In this document: piece by piece, positions 26,579 to 39,442 of the stretch
Position numbering within the stretch: the first letter of the stretch is position 1
How the letters are laid out: each line of letters starts with the position of its first letter
Notes under the pieces: model-generated
What the model was told of the DNA's origin: nothing
The model's input: only the letters and a program-made list of their open reading frames with translations
Databases searched by the model: none
Program-made: the position numbers and the translations under genes
Assembly: GCA_002269645.1 (NCBI GenBank)
Contig: NIVC01000001.1
Span: forward strand, 992,001-1,056,000
Length of the DNA stretch: 64,000 bases
Direction of reading: 5' to 3'
Origin: Macrostomum lignano
Taxonomy: Eukaryota

Positions 26579-29500
26579 TCAAGCTGAGCTCTCTGCAATA
26601 CCAATTTCCTGCTCTTCGAAGCTTCTGTCACTCGTGTCTACTTTGCTGCTTCTGTTCTCTTCCAGTTCTGCAGAAGAGATTTCGTTGCTGTCATAGCTGA
26701 TGTCGTCCATGACCACAACTTGATCCTCTGGAGTCTCCTGGATTTCCAGTTGCTCTGGTGGGGGTGGGGGTGTTATGAAAGCATTGTAGTCAATTATAGT
26801 GTTTCAGAGCTTACCATCATCCCATCTGTGTCCCACCCAATCAGCTCTCATTGTCCCACCCAATCAGCTCTCATTGTCCCACCCAATCAGCTCCCATTGT
26901 CCCACCCAATCAGCTCCCATTGTCCCACCCAATCAGCTCTCATTGTCCCACCCAATCAGCTCCCATTGTCCCACCCAATCAGCTCCCATTGTCCCACCCA
27001 ATCAGCTCCCATTGTCCCACCCAATCAGCTCTCATTGTCCCACCCAATCAGCTCCCATTGTCCCACCCAATCAGCTCCCATTGTCCCACCCAATCAGCTC
27101 CCATTGTCCGACCCAATCAGCTCCCATTGTCCCACCCAATCAGCTCCCATTGTCCCACCCAATCAGCTCCCATTGTCCCACCCAATCAGCTCCCATTGTC
27201 CCACCCAATCAGCTCCCATTGTCCGACCCTATCAGCTCCCATTGTCCCACCCAATCAGCTCCCATTGTCCCACCCAATCAGCTCCCATTGTCCGACCCAA
27301 TCAGCTCCCATTGTCCCACCCAATCAGCTCCCATTGCCCCACCCAATCAGCTCCCATTGTCCCACCCAATCAGCTCCCATTGCCCCACCCAATTAGCTCC
27401 CATTGTCCCACCCAATTAGCTCCCATTGTCCCACCCAATCAGCTCCCATTGTCCCACCCAATCAGCTCCCATTGTCCCACCCAATCAGCTCCCATTGTCC
27501 CACCCAATCAGCTCCCATTGTCCCACCCAATCAGCTCCCATTGTCCCACCCAATCAGCTCCCATTGTCCCACCCAATCAGCTCCCATTGTCCCGCCTGCA
27601 TCCCATCCACTCCACCCCAATAACCTACCTGACGATGACGGAACCATCTGCCTCGGAAGCTGCTGGCGGTCCCACAGCTGGCGCAGTTGCTGCAGCACCC
27701 CCAGCTGCTGGCGAATGTTCTCAACAAAACGGCGAAGACCTCCGATGCGGGCAGCATAGCCGGCCTTCACCCGATCCACCATGGCCAGGAACGTCGGCGT
27801 GGCTTTCTCCGGTAGGTGACCCTCCGCCCAGTCTGCCAGCGCCTCCCAGTCCGAGCGCAGTTCCGCCTCGATTTCCGCCTCGCGACCGTCGCTCACTTGC
27901 AGAACTTCGTCGAGTGCGGCCGCCGCGGCAGAGACGGCGGCGATGGCTTCGCGCGAAAGTCGCCGGTTTGGCGTGAAATCCGCCGCGCCGGCTGCGTTGG
28001 ATGTCGACTCCAACGTTGGGCGATGCTCCGACTGCTGCCGGGGATTCTGGTGATGTGGCTGATGCTGCTGCTGTGTCTTAAGTCGATGCAGGCGACGAAC
28101 TTCACCGGCAATCTGCTTTCGACGCTGACGACCGCGTCTTCTATGCTGTTGTTGGAGCTGCTGCTGCTGTGGTGACCGCTGATTTGGTTTGAAGAGACGA
28201 TGCCTGGTGAAAAAGCAGTGGTTGAGTGACAATGTGACTGAGTGACAATGTGACTGAGTGACAATGTGACTGAGTGACAATGTGACTGAGTGACAATGTG
28301 ACCGAGTGACAATGTGACCGGGTGACAATGCGACTGAGTGACAATGTGACCGAGTGACAATGCGACTGAGTGGCAATGTGACTGAGAGACAATGCAACCG
28401 AGTGACAATGTGACTCAGTGACAATGTGACCGAGTGACAATGCGACCGAGTGACAATGTGACCGAGTGATAATGGGACCGAGTGACAATGTGACCGAGTG
28501 ATAATGGGACTGATTGACAATGTGACGGAGCAAAATTGTTTACCTGAAAAGTTTTCGGTAGTAGTCGGCGGGGGACGGCAGGAAGCCCGGCTGCTGCTGC
28601 TGCCACTCCATGGGCTGGGGTGCCAGCTCGGGCCCCAGACTCAGTAGCCTGGCGTAATCGGCAGTGATGGCAATGTCTGAGCACTCCAGTGGCCGAGCCT
28701 GAAGTGGGCATGTTTTTAGATGATGTGACTCAAACAGAAACGCTGGGCCACCAATTAAAACCTCTCGTTTTTGTGTTCTACCTGCCTTTGAACCAGTCTC
28801 ACCCGGGCTCCATCTCTCCTGCAGCCAGTCTAACCCGGGCTCCATCTCCCCTGCAGCCAGTCTCACCCGGGCTCCATCTCTCCTGCAACCAGTCTCACCC
28901 GGGCTCCATCTCTCCTGCAACCAGTCTCACCCGGGCTCCATCTTTCCTGCAACCAGTCTCACCCGGGCTCCATCTCTCCTGCAACCAGTCTCACCCGGGC
29001 TTTATCTCTCCTGCAACCAGTCTCACCCGGGCTCCATCTCTCCTGCAACCAGTCTCACCCGGGCTCCATCTCTCCCTGCAACCAGTCTCACCCGGGCTCC
29101 AATCTCACCCGAGCTCCATCTACCAGCCTCCCCGCAACCAGTCTCACCCGAGCTCCGTCTACCAGCCTCCCCAAAACTAGTCTCACCCCATCCTGGCCCA
29201 GGAAGCGCCCCTTGACGGAATCGAACTCCGCCTGCAGCAGCTCCCGCTGCCGGCTGCCGGGCTGCAGCGGCGAGTCCAGCAGCAGGTAGTGGCGCCAATT
29301 GGCCGACTTGAAGCCCCAGTGGCAGGTGGCCACCTCGCCAGGACGGTGCACATGCCCGACGAACTGGACAGGCGTGTACAGCCGGCGGCAGTCGGCGCAG
29401 ACGATGCACGGCTGCCTCGGCGAGGTGTACAGCCGCGGCAGCAGGAGGCCGCGCTGCTTGCCGAAGCACAGGTGCCGGACGTTGATCCGCTCATCCTCGG

Positions 29501-30035
29501 CTGTCAGCGGCCGGTGGAGCAGCGGCGCGCCGCGACCGGCGAGCAGCAGCTTGCAGAGGCGCTCGGCGTCCGACTGGGTGATGAGGCCGCAGCAGTCGAG
29601 GCCTGGGTCGAAGGCGCATTCGCGGCGCAGCTGGCTCATCTGGCGGGGATCGCAGCGCTGGCACAGGACGCCCAGCCTGTCGCAGGCCAACTCAATCTGC
29701 TGCAAGCTGAGCCCGGCCGCCAGCAGCACCTCGTGCAGCACCTGCGGCAGGCAGAGCCGCTTCTCGCCGCCGACGCTGAACGCCAGCACCGTTCGGCCCT
29801 CGAGGCAGGCCTCCACCAGGCCGCTGTCCGGCTGCTTCCGGTCGGAGTCTGGGAGATGTCGGTGCTGATGCCGCGGGCGATGGCTCTGCAGCGGCGGCGG
29901 CGGCGGCGGTGTGGGTTGCAGAAGCGGCGGCAGCGGCGGCGGCGGCAGTGAGGGGTAGCGGCGGTTCATGGCGTGCTGCAGAGCGGCCAGAGACGGCGTC
30001 ATGGGCATCGGCAGCCAGGGCGTCGGGACCTGCAT
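26579..30035 (-). CDS. ski: Ski/SnoN family transcriptional co-repressor (DHD plus SAND-like Smad4-binding domain)
   Basis: complement(join(26579..26754,27629..28203,28544..28698,29187..30035)). Phases 0, 2 and 1 are consistent. DHD: LEGRTVLAFSVGGEKRLCLPQVL...CGLITQSDAERLC. SAND-like: HLCFGKQRGLLLPRLY...CADC...HVH...TCHWGFKSANWRHY, which is Ski/Sno-type rather than SKOR-type. Start codon uncertain (30035 or a downstream ATG). Confidence 0.9.
26829..27592. repeat. 23-bp minisatellite CCCACCCAATCAGCTCCCATTGT, Ski intron 3
   Basis: About 33 copies. Confidence 0.93.
28223..28527. repeat. 16-bp minisatellite GAGTGACAATGTGACT, Ski intron 2
   Basis: About 19 copies filling about 90% of the intron. 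Confidence 0.92.
28790..29186. repeat. 32/39-bp minisatellite AACCAGTCTCACCCGGGCTCCATCTCTCCTGC, Ski intron 1
   Basis: Tandem array starting at the splice donor. Confidence 0.9.
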
Positions 30036-30679
30036 TCTCAACGTTGCGACTTCTTAACGGTTTTGTGGGCTTTAAAAATTTTCTAACTGATTGCACGGCG
30101 CGTCTGTCATGCGGAGGGACACTGGGTGCTAATTTATCAGCTAGATGCGTTCCGTAGCGTTTATATCTGTCAAAGAAATCCGACTCTAATAGGGCTGCTT
30201 GCGGCTCCGCTTTGCCCCTGTCTGTCTGTATATTTATATACAACACCGATGCAGCCCTGTGTCATTGGCAGAAAGAATTGCCCTCTGCAGTGTCGCATAG
30301 CCTGGCCCTCAGCGGTTGTCTCTCTCCCCTCTCTCTGCCTGTCCTCCTGTTCTTTTTAACTTCATGGCTGCGGGTGCTGGCTCTGCGCGGGTGTCAGTGC
30401 CCGAGAGGCTATTGCTGAGAGCGCTGTGGCTCCTGCCTCTGCGTCAGCGGCGCGCTGCTGTCTATTGCTGTACCCCCCCCCCCTGCCAACCGCCGGCGCC
30501 ACCCCCTCCCCCCAACTAAGGGCCATAAAGTCAGGCCACAGCATGATCTAGATATGGCTGTTACGAGATATACCGAAGATCTGCCACCCCTAGAGCCCTG
30601 CGTATTGCAATTACAGTTGAGCTTTGTAGTGCATTCATTCATAAACTGTGACTCGATGTGACTCTGTGAGTGAACCCTC

Positions 30680-31015
30680 GATCCTTCAGTGCATGCGGGC
30701 TGTCCCCCCCCCCCGATCCTTCAGTGCATGCTGGCTGTTCCCCCCCCCCGATCCTTCAGTGCATGCTGGCTGTTCCCCCCCGATCCTTCAGTGCATGCTG
30801 GCTGTCCCCCGATCCTTCAGTGCATGCTGGCTGTTCCCCCCCCCCCGATCCTTCAGTGCATGCTGGCTGTTCCCCCCCCATCCTTCAGTGCATGCTGGCT
30901 GTTCTCTCCAATCCTTCAGTGCATGCTGGCTGTTCTCTCCAATCCTTCAGTGCATGCTGGCTGTTCTCTCCAATCCTTCAGTGCATGCTGGCTGTTCTCC
31001 TCAATCCTTCAGGGC
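30680..31015. repeat. About 31-35-bp minisatellite ATCCTTCAGTGCATGCTGGCTGTTC(C)n
   Basis: About 10 copies between the divergent Ski and coiled-coil genes. Confidence 0.88.
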
Positions 31016-31916
31016 ATGCTGTTATTATCGTGTCGCTCACGCATCACAGCTGCTATAGCCATTGAGTGAAAGAGTGGCTCAGTCGGCTGCGTGGTTACAG
31101 AATGAAAAAACGCAATTCTTTGTTTGAATTCTATTGAAACAAGTGTCAGCAGATAAAAAACAGCAGACAGAATGGCGACCGAGCCCCGGTAAAGCACTTC
31201 TCAAGTGCAGCTTGTATGCGTGAGTGAGTGTGTATAGATAGTTACTCAAGGATCTGTACAATGCAAACTGTTTCTCCCTGAGTCTTTTACTCCTACAATT
31301 CCTAGCCTAATAACTTAACTGCATGGCAATATTGGAGCAAGCCTCGCCCACTACACACAATATTTGCGCAATTTCTTATTTTGCACAATTTGCAAGCCTT
31401 GACTATGCTCTCGATTATTGGAGAATGAAGACACAGGCAAGGGGGGAAGGCAGTGATCCCAATCAGGGATCGCAGCCCAACGCTGGCCTGTTGTATATTA
31501 TGCCCACACTCAGTCGCATAGAAGCGGTCGGATTAAGAGAGCTGCGTTTGACTTGGGGCGCTGTTTTGGAGACGAAGGCCGATAGCTGTAGTTTGAATAA
31601 GATCCGAAAATAGCTTGTATTGGCTGGCATTGTAAAAACCAGCTGCGGCAGCACGGCAGGCCTCTAAAAAGCTCAATAACAGAGCCTGCCTTTTACTGCT
31701 TGCATGAGCTTGTTCTAGAAGAAGTTTAATTCAGTAGTTTAATTTGCTCAATAGAAACGAAGAGACCCCATTATTGTAAGAATGTCTGCAAGGCCAACTT
31801 TGATAACACAAAGAAAGTCATGGGGTAAGTTTACACATGCGCTCTTACTTTTAGTAACAACTTATTAAGTGTCATATAGTGAGTTTCAATTGAGTACATG
31901 GTATAACCGAAAACAT

Positions 31917-32695
31917 GGGGTGGTGGGCTACAATCCTTAATTGCTTATCGGGGCTGATAGCGTGGGGTGGTGGGCTACAATCCTTAATTGCTTATCGGGG
32001 CTGATAGCGTGGGGTGGTGGGCTACAATCCTTAATTGCTTATCGGGGCTGATAGCGTGGGGTGGTGGGCTACAATCCTTAATTGCTTATCGGGGCTGATA
32101 GCGTGGGGTGGTGGGCTACAATCCTTAATTGCTTATCGGGGCTGATAGCGTGGGGTGGTGGGCTACAATCCTTAATGGCTATCGGTGCTGATAGCGTGGG
32201 GTAGTGGGCTACAATCCTTAATGGCTTATCGGGGTTGATAGCGTGGGGTGGTGTGTTACAATCCTTAATTGCTTATCGGGGCTGATAGCGTGGGGTGGTG
32301 GGCTACAATCCTTAATGGCTTATCGGGGCTGATAGCGTGGGGTGGTGGGCTACAATCTTTAAGGCTTATCGGAGCTGATAGCGTGGGTTGGTGGGCTACA
32401 ATCTTTAATGGCTTATCGGGGCTGATAGCGTGGGGTGGTGGCCTACAATCCCTAATGACTTATCGGGGCTGATAACTTGGGGTGGTGGCCTACAATCCCT
32501 AATGACTTATCGGGGCTGATAACTTGGGGTGCTGGCCTACATTCCCTAATGACTTATCGGGGCTGATAACTTGGGGTGGTGGCCTACAATCCTTAACGAC
32601 TTATCGGGGCTGATAACTTGGGGTGGTGGCCTACAATCCTTAACGACTTATCGGGGCTGATAACTTGGGGTGGTGGCCTACAATCTTTAGTCGTT
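31917..32695. repeat. 47-bp minisatellite GGGGTGGTGGGCTACAATCCTTAATTGCTTATCGGGGCTGATAGCGT
   Basis: About 16 copies. Lies between a strong donor (GG|GTAAGT, 31825) and the 32766 acceptor, so probably a 5' intron. Confidence 0.9.
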
Positions 32696-32765
32696 TATCC
32701 AGGAGAATGTGCAATCGTTGACCTATCATAAATTGATGTCTAAATCTTCCATAATTCGACTTTAG

Positions 32766-35700
32766 ATGGATCAGTTAACAGCTTCTTCGTGCAGTCTTGG
32801 AAGTGCTTTTGACACAAGATTTATCAATTATCAAAGCCTGCCACTGTCCATCCCAGATCTCAAGAGCGCCAGAAGCTGCAGCAACCTGCCTTCGCCAGTG
32901 AAGCCATCAGCCGGCAGCGTCAGCAATGGCCGCTGCAGCGTCGCCGACAGCGATAGTGACAAAGAAGTTGCCGGAAGCTACGTGGAGTCGCTGGAGCGCA
33001 AGCTTCGAAACCAGGAGGCCGAGTGCCGCGCCCTAGCCAGAGAGCGCTGCCAACTGTCGGCCCAGCTGCAGGACAGCGTCGAGTACATCGGCGATCTGGA
33101 GCGCGAACTACTCCGACTGCAGGAAAATGAGCAGGGTGCTGCTACCGGTGCTGACGACAATTACGTCGTGGACGAAGAGGAGAAGCATCCGATGGAGCTG
33201 CGGGAGGAGGTTCAGTATAATGACATTCTTTGCTCGGAGCTGGCTGAAGAGAATGACCAATTGCGGGAGCAGATTAACCAACTGATGCGGGAGTTGCAGA
33301 GCCTGGTTACTCAGAGGGACTCGCCGGAGATGGCTGCGGTTGCAACCGCAGACGTGGCTGCTCAGGTAAAAACTAATCATAGTTAATTAGACGACAGGAG
33401 AGACCTACTATGCTAAAATATTGTCCTATCTATGTCCCGTCCTCGACTGCTCATGCAGACTCTTTGCAGCCTGAAAGATGAAGAGACTCAAGCGAATGAC
33501 AATTCTGCTGAGGCTGCAGCGGCAGTCGCAGCGGCAACGGCAGCGGCAAAAGTGACGTCCTTGAAGCTCAGATTGAGCGAGCTGGAACGAGAGCGACAGA
33601 TCATGCAAAAGCAGGTCGAGAGTTTGACTCTTCAGATTGCTGGTGAGTTTCTGGTGCACTTACGAGCTAAATGTAGTTGGGAATCCTAGTAGTGACTTCT
33701 ACCGTTTGATGTTGTTGTCTACCGTTTGATGTGTTGTGTCTACCGTTTGATGTGTTGTGTCTACCGTTTGATGTGTTGTGTCTACCGTTTGATGTTTTGT
33801 GTCTACCGTTTGATGTTTTGTGTCTATCGTTTGATGTTTTGTGTCTACCGTTTGATGTTTTGTGTCTACCGTTTGATGTTTTGTGTCTACCGTTTGATGT
33901 GTTGTGTCTACCGTTTGATGTTTTGTGTCTACCGTTTGATGGTTTGTGTCTACCGTCTGATGCTTTGTGTCTACCGTTTGATGTTTTGTGTTTACCGTTT
34001 GATGTTTTGTGTCTACCGTTTGATGTTTTGTGTCTACCGTTTGATGTGTTGTGTCTACCGTCTGGTGTTTTGTGTCTACCGTTTGATGTGTTGTGTCTAC
34101 CGTTTGATGTGTTGTGTCTACCGTTTGATGTGTTGTGTCTACCGTTTGATGTGTTGTGTGTACCGTTTGATGTTGTTGTGTCTACCGTTTGATGTTTTTT
34201 GTCTATCGTTTGATGCTATGTGTCTACCGTTTGATGTGTTGTGTCTTCCGTTTGATGTTTTGTGTCTACCGTTTGATGTCTTTTGTCTATCGTTTGATGC
34301 TTTGCGTCTACCGTTTAATGTGTTGTGTCTTACTGTTTGGGGTGTTGGGTCTTACCGTTTGGTGTGTTGTGTCTTACCGTTTGGTGTGTTGTGTCTTACC
34401 GTTTGGTGTGTTGTGTCTTACCGTTTGGTGTGTTGGGTCTTACCGTTTGGTGTGTTGGGTCTTACCGTTTGGTGTGTTGTGTCTTACCGTTTGGTGTGTT
34501 GTGTCTTACCGTTTGGTGTGTTGGGTCTTACCGTTTGGTGTGTTGGGTCTTACTGTTTGGTGTGTTGGGTCTTACCGTTTGGTGTGTTGGGTCTTACCGT
34601 TTGGTGTGTTGTGTCTTACCGTTTGGTGTGTTGTGTCTTACCGTTTGGTGTGTTGGGTCTTACCGTTTGGTGTGTTGGGTCTTACTGTTTGGTGTGTTGG
34701 GTCTTACCGTTTGGTGTGTTGTGTCTTACTGTTTGGTGTGTTGGGTCTTACTGTCTGGTGTGTTGGGTCTTACTGTTTGGTGTGTTGGGTCTTACTGTTT
34801 GGTGTGTTGGGTCTTACCGTTTGGTGTGTTGGGTCTTACTGTTTGGTGTGTTGTGTCTTACCGTTTGGTGTGTTGGGTCTTACCGTTTGGTGTGTTGGGT
34901 CTTACCGTTTGGTGTGTTGGGTCTTACTGTTTGGTGTGTTGGGTCTTACCGTTTGGTGTGTTGGGTCTTACTGTTTGGTGTGTTGGGTCTTACTGTTTGG
35001 TGTGTTGTGTCTTACTGTTTGGTGTGTTGGGTCTTACTGTTTGGTGTGTTGGGTCTTACTGTTTGGTGTGTTGGGTCTTACCGTTTGGTGTGTTGGGTCT
35101 TACTTTGTGTTTGCGTTTGCTATTAATTGCTTTCTGTTAGGTTTCTATTTGGTTTAAAATATTATATTTAACTAAGTGGGTCATCCATTTTAAAATGCTA
35201 TGTTTGATGCTGAGAAACTGGGGTGCTATCCACGCTTCTCGAAAGCTTTTTCCTGAAGATGCAATACGCTCGCTAAAGCGAATGCACTTGCATGAATACT
35301 GATTGGTGACGACTTTGCTTGCAGAATCAACCGATCGATACAAGCAACTACAAGTCGCACATCAAAGCAGCCTGGCAGCAGGAAACCTGGCCAGAGATGA
35401 GGCAGACAGCCTCCGGCAACAATTGGCCGCTTTGCAGGCTGCGGAGGCGGCCAAAATGCAACAAGCTGTTGATAAGGTTTGTCACTAACCCACTGACACT
35501 CTGGCTTTGTTGAGGACACTTCATCAACGATAGTTCGATTGTGTCGTGGTCCTCTTGATTCCGGAGTCATCAGATCTATCTTATGTATATTCAGTGCTCC
35601 TCAGGATCACTCCTGATTATCCCAGTGTCACCTGATCACCCCTGATTATCCCAGTGTCACCTGATCACTCCTGATTATCCCAGTGTCACCTGATCACTCC

Positions 35701-38700
35701 TGATGATCCCAGTGTCACCTGATCACTCCTGATTATCCCAGTGTCACCTGATCACTCCTGATTATCCAAGTGTCACCTGATCACTCCTGATTATCCCAGT
35801 GTCACCTGATCACTCCTGATTATCCCAGTGTCACCTGATCACTCCTGATTATCCCAGTGTCACCTGATCACTCCTGATTATCCAAGTGTCACCTGATCAC
35901 TCCTGATTATTCCAGTGTCACCTGATCACTCCTGATTATCCCAGTGTCACCTGATCACTCCTGATTATTCCAGTGTCACCTGATCACTCCTGATTATCCA
36001 AGTGTCACCTGATCACTCCTGATTACCCCAGGGTCACCTGATCACTCCTGATTATCCAAGTGTCACCTGATCACTCCTGATTATTCCAGTGTCACCTGAT
36101 CACTCCTGATTATCCAAGTGTCACCTGATCACTCCTGATTACCCCAGGGTCACCTGATCACTCCTGATTATCCAAGTGTCACCTGATCACTCCTGATTAC
36201 CCCAGGGTCACCTGATCACTACTGATTATCCAAGTGTCACCTAATCACTTCTGATTATCCAAGTGTCACCTGATCACTCCTGATTATTCCAGTGTCACCT
36301 GATCACTCCTGATTATCCAAGTGTCACCTGATCACTCCTGATTATTCCAGTGTCACCTGATCACACCAGATGATTATCCTAGTGTCACTTGATAGTCACC
36401 AGGATCAATATGCTAAAGAATTCCAATGGGTAAGAATGCAGTCTCATATTCTCGTGAATTGCAGGCGCTGTCAGAAGTGCAGCATCGCTGCAACCAGGAG
36501 CTGCAATCTCAAACTGCTCAACTTTTGAGTCGCCTAGCCGGGCTGGAGTCGCAGCTGACTGCGTGCCGAGAGCTGCTGCGCTGGTCAGGTGCCAATTCCG
36601 ACCGGGACTGGCAGCGGGTCAAGGCTGAGGTGAGCCAAGTGAGATTTGACTTAGTATGATGGCGCATGTCCCGTTTCGTTAATTTAATTTAATACAATTC
36701 AAATTCGCGCCAAAAGGAGCATTGTTCAACAATCTTTTAAACACGCAGAAAAATCTATTTGAGCTCCAAAATGATCTAGAGAATCTTGAAAGTACTCAAG
36801 TACTCTTAAGACTTGGCTTTTGGGGTGGTGATCGATTGTTTAAAGGTGCCATTTTAGCGCGAATTCAAGTTGGATTTAATTTAACGAACCGTCTAAGCAG
36901 ATATGCAAATATGAGTTTTTCAACTGACACGATCTGGGCGCATTGATCAAATAAAAATGCTTGTTGATATTTCCATATATGCATGGTATTAATTGAGCAC
37001 CATGGAACACTTTAAGCCACATTGTCACACAACCGGCGAGAGGCATTGCTGCCCATTCCGCCGACTCCCCTGAGCAGGCACACAAGCGCGGCGCATCTGA
37101 AGGCTGCGTGCGGCTGTTCAGTCCAAGGACTGGGGGGTCGCCACACACCCTCAATTACCCCAGCTAATGCTGGCACCCATTTTACAGCTGGTTGAACTGA
37201 AGCAATACAGAGTTAATTGTCTTGCTCAAGGACACAAATTGTTCCAGTGGGATCGGGAATCAAACCCCCGACCTTCAAGTCGAAGGTCCGACGCTCTGAC
37301 CACTAGGCTACAAGCTGGTTTACTAATAAATCATTGGTAATTGTTTGAGAGTTTCCCTACGAGCCTATAACACAGCAAATAACCATACGAGTGAGCAGAT
37401 CCTCAAAAGACTTTACAATTGCTAGGCTCCAAACCCACCCCTCTCCAGCTGTGTCTGCTGCGCCAGGCATCTGAGGCCGCTGCTAGCTCAGACGAGCTGC
37501 TACGCCAGCTGGCTGATCGAGAGGAGCGCCTGCTCGAAATGGAAGCTCGACTTCAGTCGCTTTCTCCGCCTCAGCAGCTGCCTAAGAAGCCAATGGAGTC
37601 ACCGCAGCAGCAGCGACGGCGGCAGCAGCGAAGGCACTTCCTGTCGCTTGGCGGTCGGCGACGGAAACAGACGAAAGAAGACACTAGCGGTAAGAGTGAC
37701 AAAGAGGACTGTGACGTCACTCGTGCAGACGATTGCGGGGTCAGCAGTTCGAGCAGCGATCAGACAGCCGCCATACTGGCTGAGCGAGTGAAATCTACGC
37801 TCGCAATGATGGAGGCTAGAATCTGCGAAGCTCAAGCAACGGCGAGATTGGTGCGCTCGAGGTTTTCTGATCGGGATTGTGCTCCATGCTCAGGACTGAT
37901 TGTTGCTGGGGTGTTGTTGCGTGATCGGGATTGTGCTCCATGCTCAGGACTGATTGTTGCTGGGGTTTGTTGTGGCGGTGTGATCGGGATTGTGCTTGAT
38001 GCTCAGGACTGATTGTTGCTAGGGTTTGTTGTGGCGGTGTGATCGGGATTGTGCTCCATGCTCAGGACTGGTTGCCTCTGGGGTTTGTTGTGGCGGTGTG
38101 ATCGGGATTGTGCTCCATGCTCAGGACTGATTGTTGCTGGGGTTTGTTGTGGCGGTGTGATCGGGATATGCTCCATGATCACGACTGATTGTTGCTGGGG
38201 TTGTTGTGGTGTGTTCGGGATATGCTCCATGATCACGACTGATTGTTGCTGGGGTGTTGTTGCGTGATCGGGATTGTGCTCCATGCTCAGGACTGATCAG
38301 TTTTTTTGCATAGAATTTCGTAATTGTCGGTTCCGCAATTGTTGTTTTGTTTTGTTGTGATTTGTTTTGTTCCGCAATTGTTGTGAATGTTTTAGAGGTC
38401 GCGCGAATGCAACTGCAAATTTTTTAGTTCGTCAGTATCGGAACGCTAAGCTCATTCACCCACTGCAGACTGGAGCCCTCAAGGTTGACTGCGACAGCTG
38501 GAAGCGACGCTGCCGGGCTCTCGAGGCTACGATTGCATCATCAGCTGACTGGTCTTCTCCGAGAGAATTTATGGTGAGGATGACTGCATTTCAAGTCCAA
38601 CAGTACACGAACTTTTAAAGCTCAGCTTGAGTGCGACTATCAAATTGTACTGATTCAACCGTTTTTTCTCAAGTTTTCAAACGCTGCACTTTTCCAGTTG

Positions 38701-39369
38701 GCACCGCCCTCACTCTCAGCCGGCCTGACCGCGTCCGAGAGCCCGATGGAGGCTTCCACCGTCTTAAAATTGGTTCAGTAAGTTTTCATCTGTCACGTTT
38801 TTGGGACGAGTTTCTGTGCCTTTTTCTCGTTTCTCTCACAGTCTTAGACTGCAGTAAAAAAGTCTCTGCTCGCTCCCACGCTCCATCTGATACCCCCTTG
38901 TGCGCGCGGATTCTGCTCCGACCGTCTCTGTTGCGATGAAGAAATGAAGACAATCGGGCGGCAAAATTCCGAACTTGTCGTGTCCGATGTCCGATCCACA
39001 GCGCACCGCAATTGAACGCTTAAGAGGCATTTCGATAACAAGGAAAACTTTTGTCGCTTTCTCAGGTCACGTGATGCTCCAGACGAACCTACCATGACCT
39101 CGCCTCGCGCGTCCTTGACTTCCCTGACGGCGACGATGAGCCGTAGTCTCGCGGCTGTCGACCGCTGTCGATCGGTCAGTTCCGGCGACACCCGCGGTGA
39201 CCTCCGGCTTGGCCACCAGCAACAGCAGCAGCAAAAACAACAACCGCAAAAGCAGCAAGCGCTCCATCAAAAGTTAGCGACTGCAGGCACTGCTAGGAGA
39301 TGCTTGAGCAGCCTGGGACTGAACCGGCGTCGCGGTGGGGCCGGCTCGGGTTCAAATGAGGACAGCTGA
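32766..39369 (+). CDS. Uncharacterised long coiled-coil protein, about 663 aa
   Basis: join(32766..33365,33459..33642,35325..35476,36465..36629,37449..37850,38469..38573,38698..38777,39066..39369). All GT-AG with consistent phases (0,1,0,0,0,0,2). Heptad-rich E/Q/L/R segments. No family recognised. An upstream exon ending at 31824 may add 5' UTR or N-terminal residues. Confidence 0.75.
33697..35105. repeat. 21-bp grading into 22-bp minisatellite (TACCGTTTGATGTGTTGTGTC to TACCGTTTGGTGTGTTGGGTCT)
   Basis: About 65 copies starting about 55 nt after a donor. Confidence 0.93.
35607..36385. repeat. 29-bp minisatellite ATCACTCCTGATTATCCCAGTGTCACCTG
   Basis: About 27 copies, intronic. Confidence 0.92.
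37086..37313 (-). mobile_element. tRNA-derived CORE-like SINE, copy B
   Basis: Reverse complement of 39443-39675 over about 225 bp. Confidence 0.88.
37869..38297. repeat. About 58-bp minisatellite GATCGGGATTGTGCTCCATGCTCAGGACTGATTGTTGCTGGGG...
   Basis: About 7 copies starting 18 nt after the 37851 donor. Confidence 0.88.
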
Positions 39370-39442
39370 GCAGTGTACGGTCAGGTGTACCGTACAAGAA
39401 ACTGAAAATTGATGGACCGTGTATTTAGTACTTGCTTTAACA

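Noticed and set aside
26720-27976. 418-aa plus-strand ORF and overlapping SHPISSHCPTQ ORFs
   Set aside because: The 23-bp repeat plus the antisense of Ski exon 3.
29692-30246. 184-aa ORF overlapping the Ski 5' region in another frame
   Set aside because: GC-rich off-frame ORF with no domain similarity. The DHD lies in the 29088-30041 frame.
33726-35157. Long Cys/Val/Leu-rich ORFs (466, 322, 271 aa)
   Set aside because: Products of the 21/22-bp intronic minisatellite and not part of the phased exon chain.
38842-38990. Possible extra exon of the coiled-coil gene after TCTCTCACAG
   Set aside because: The required phase-2 reading hits a stop within 5 codons, and 38777 to 39066 already joins in frame.
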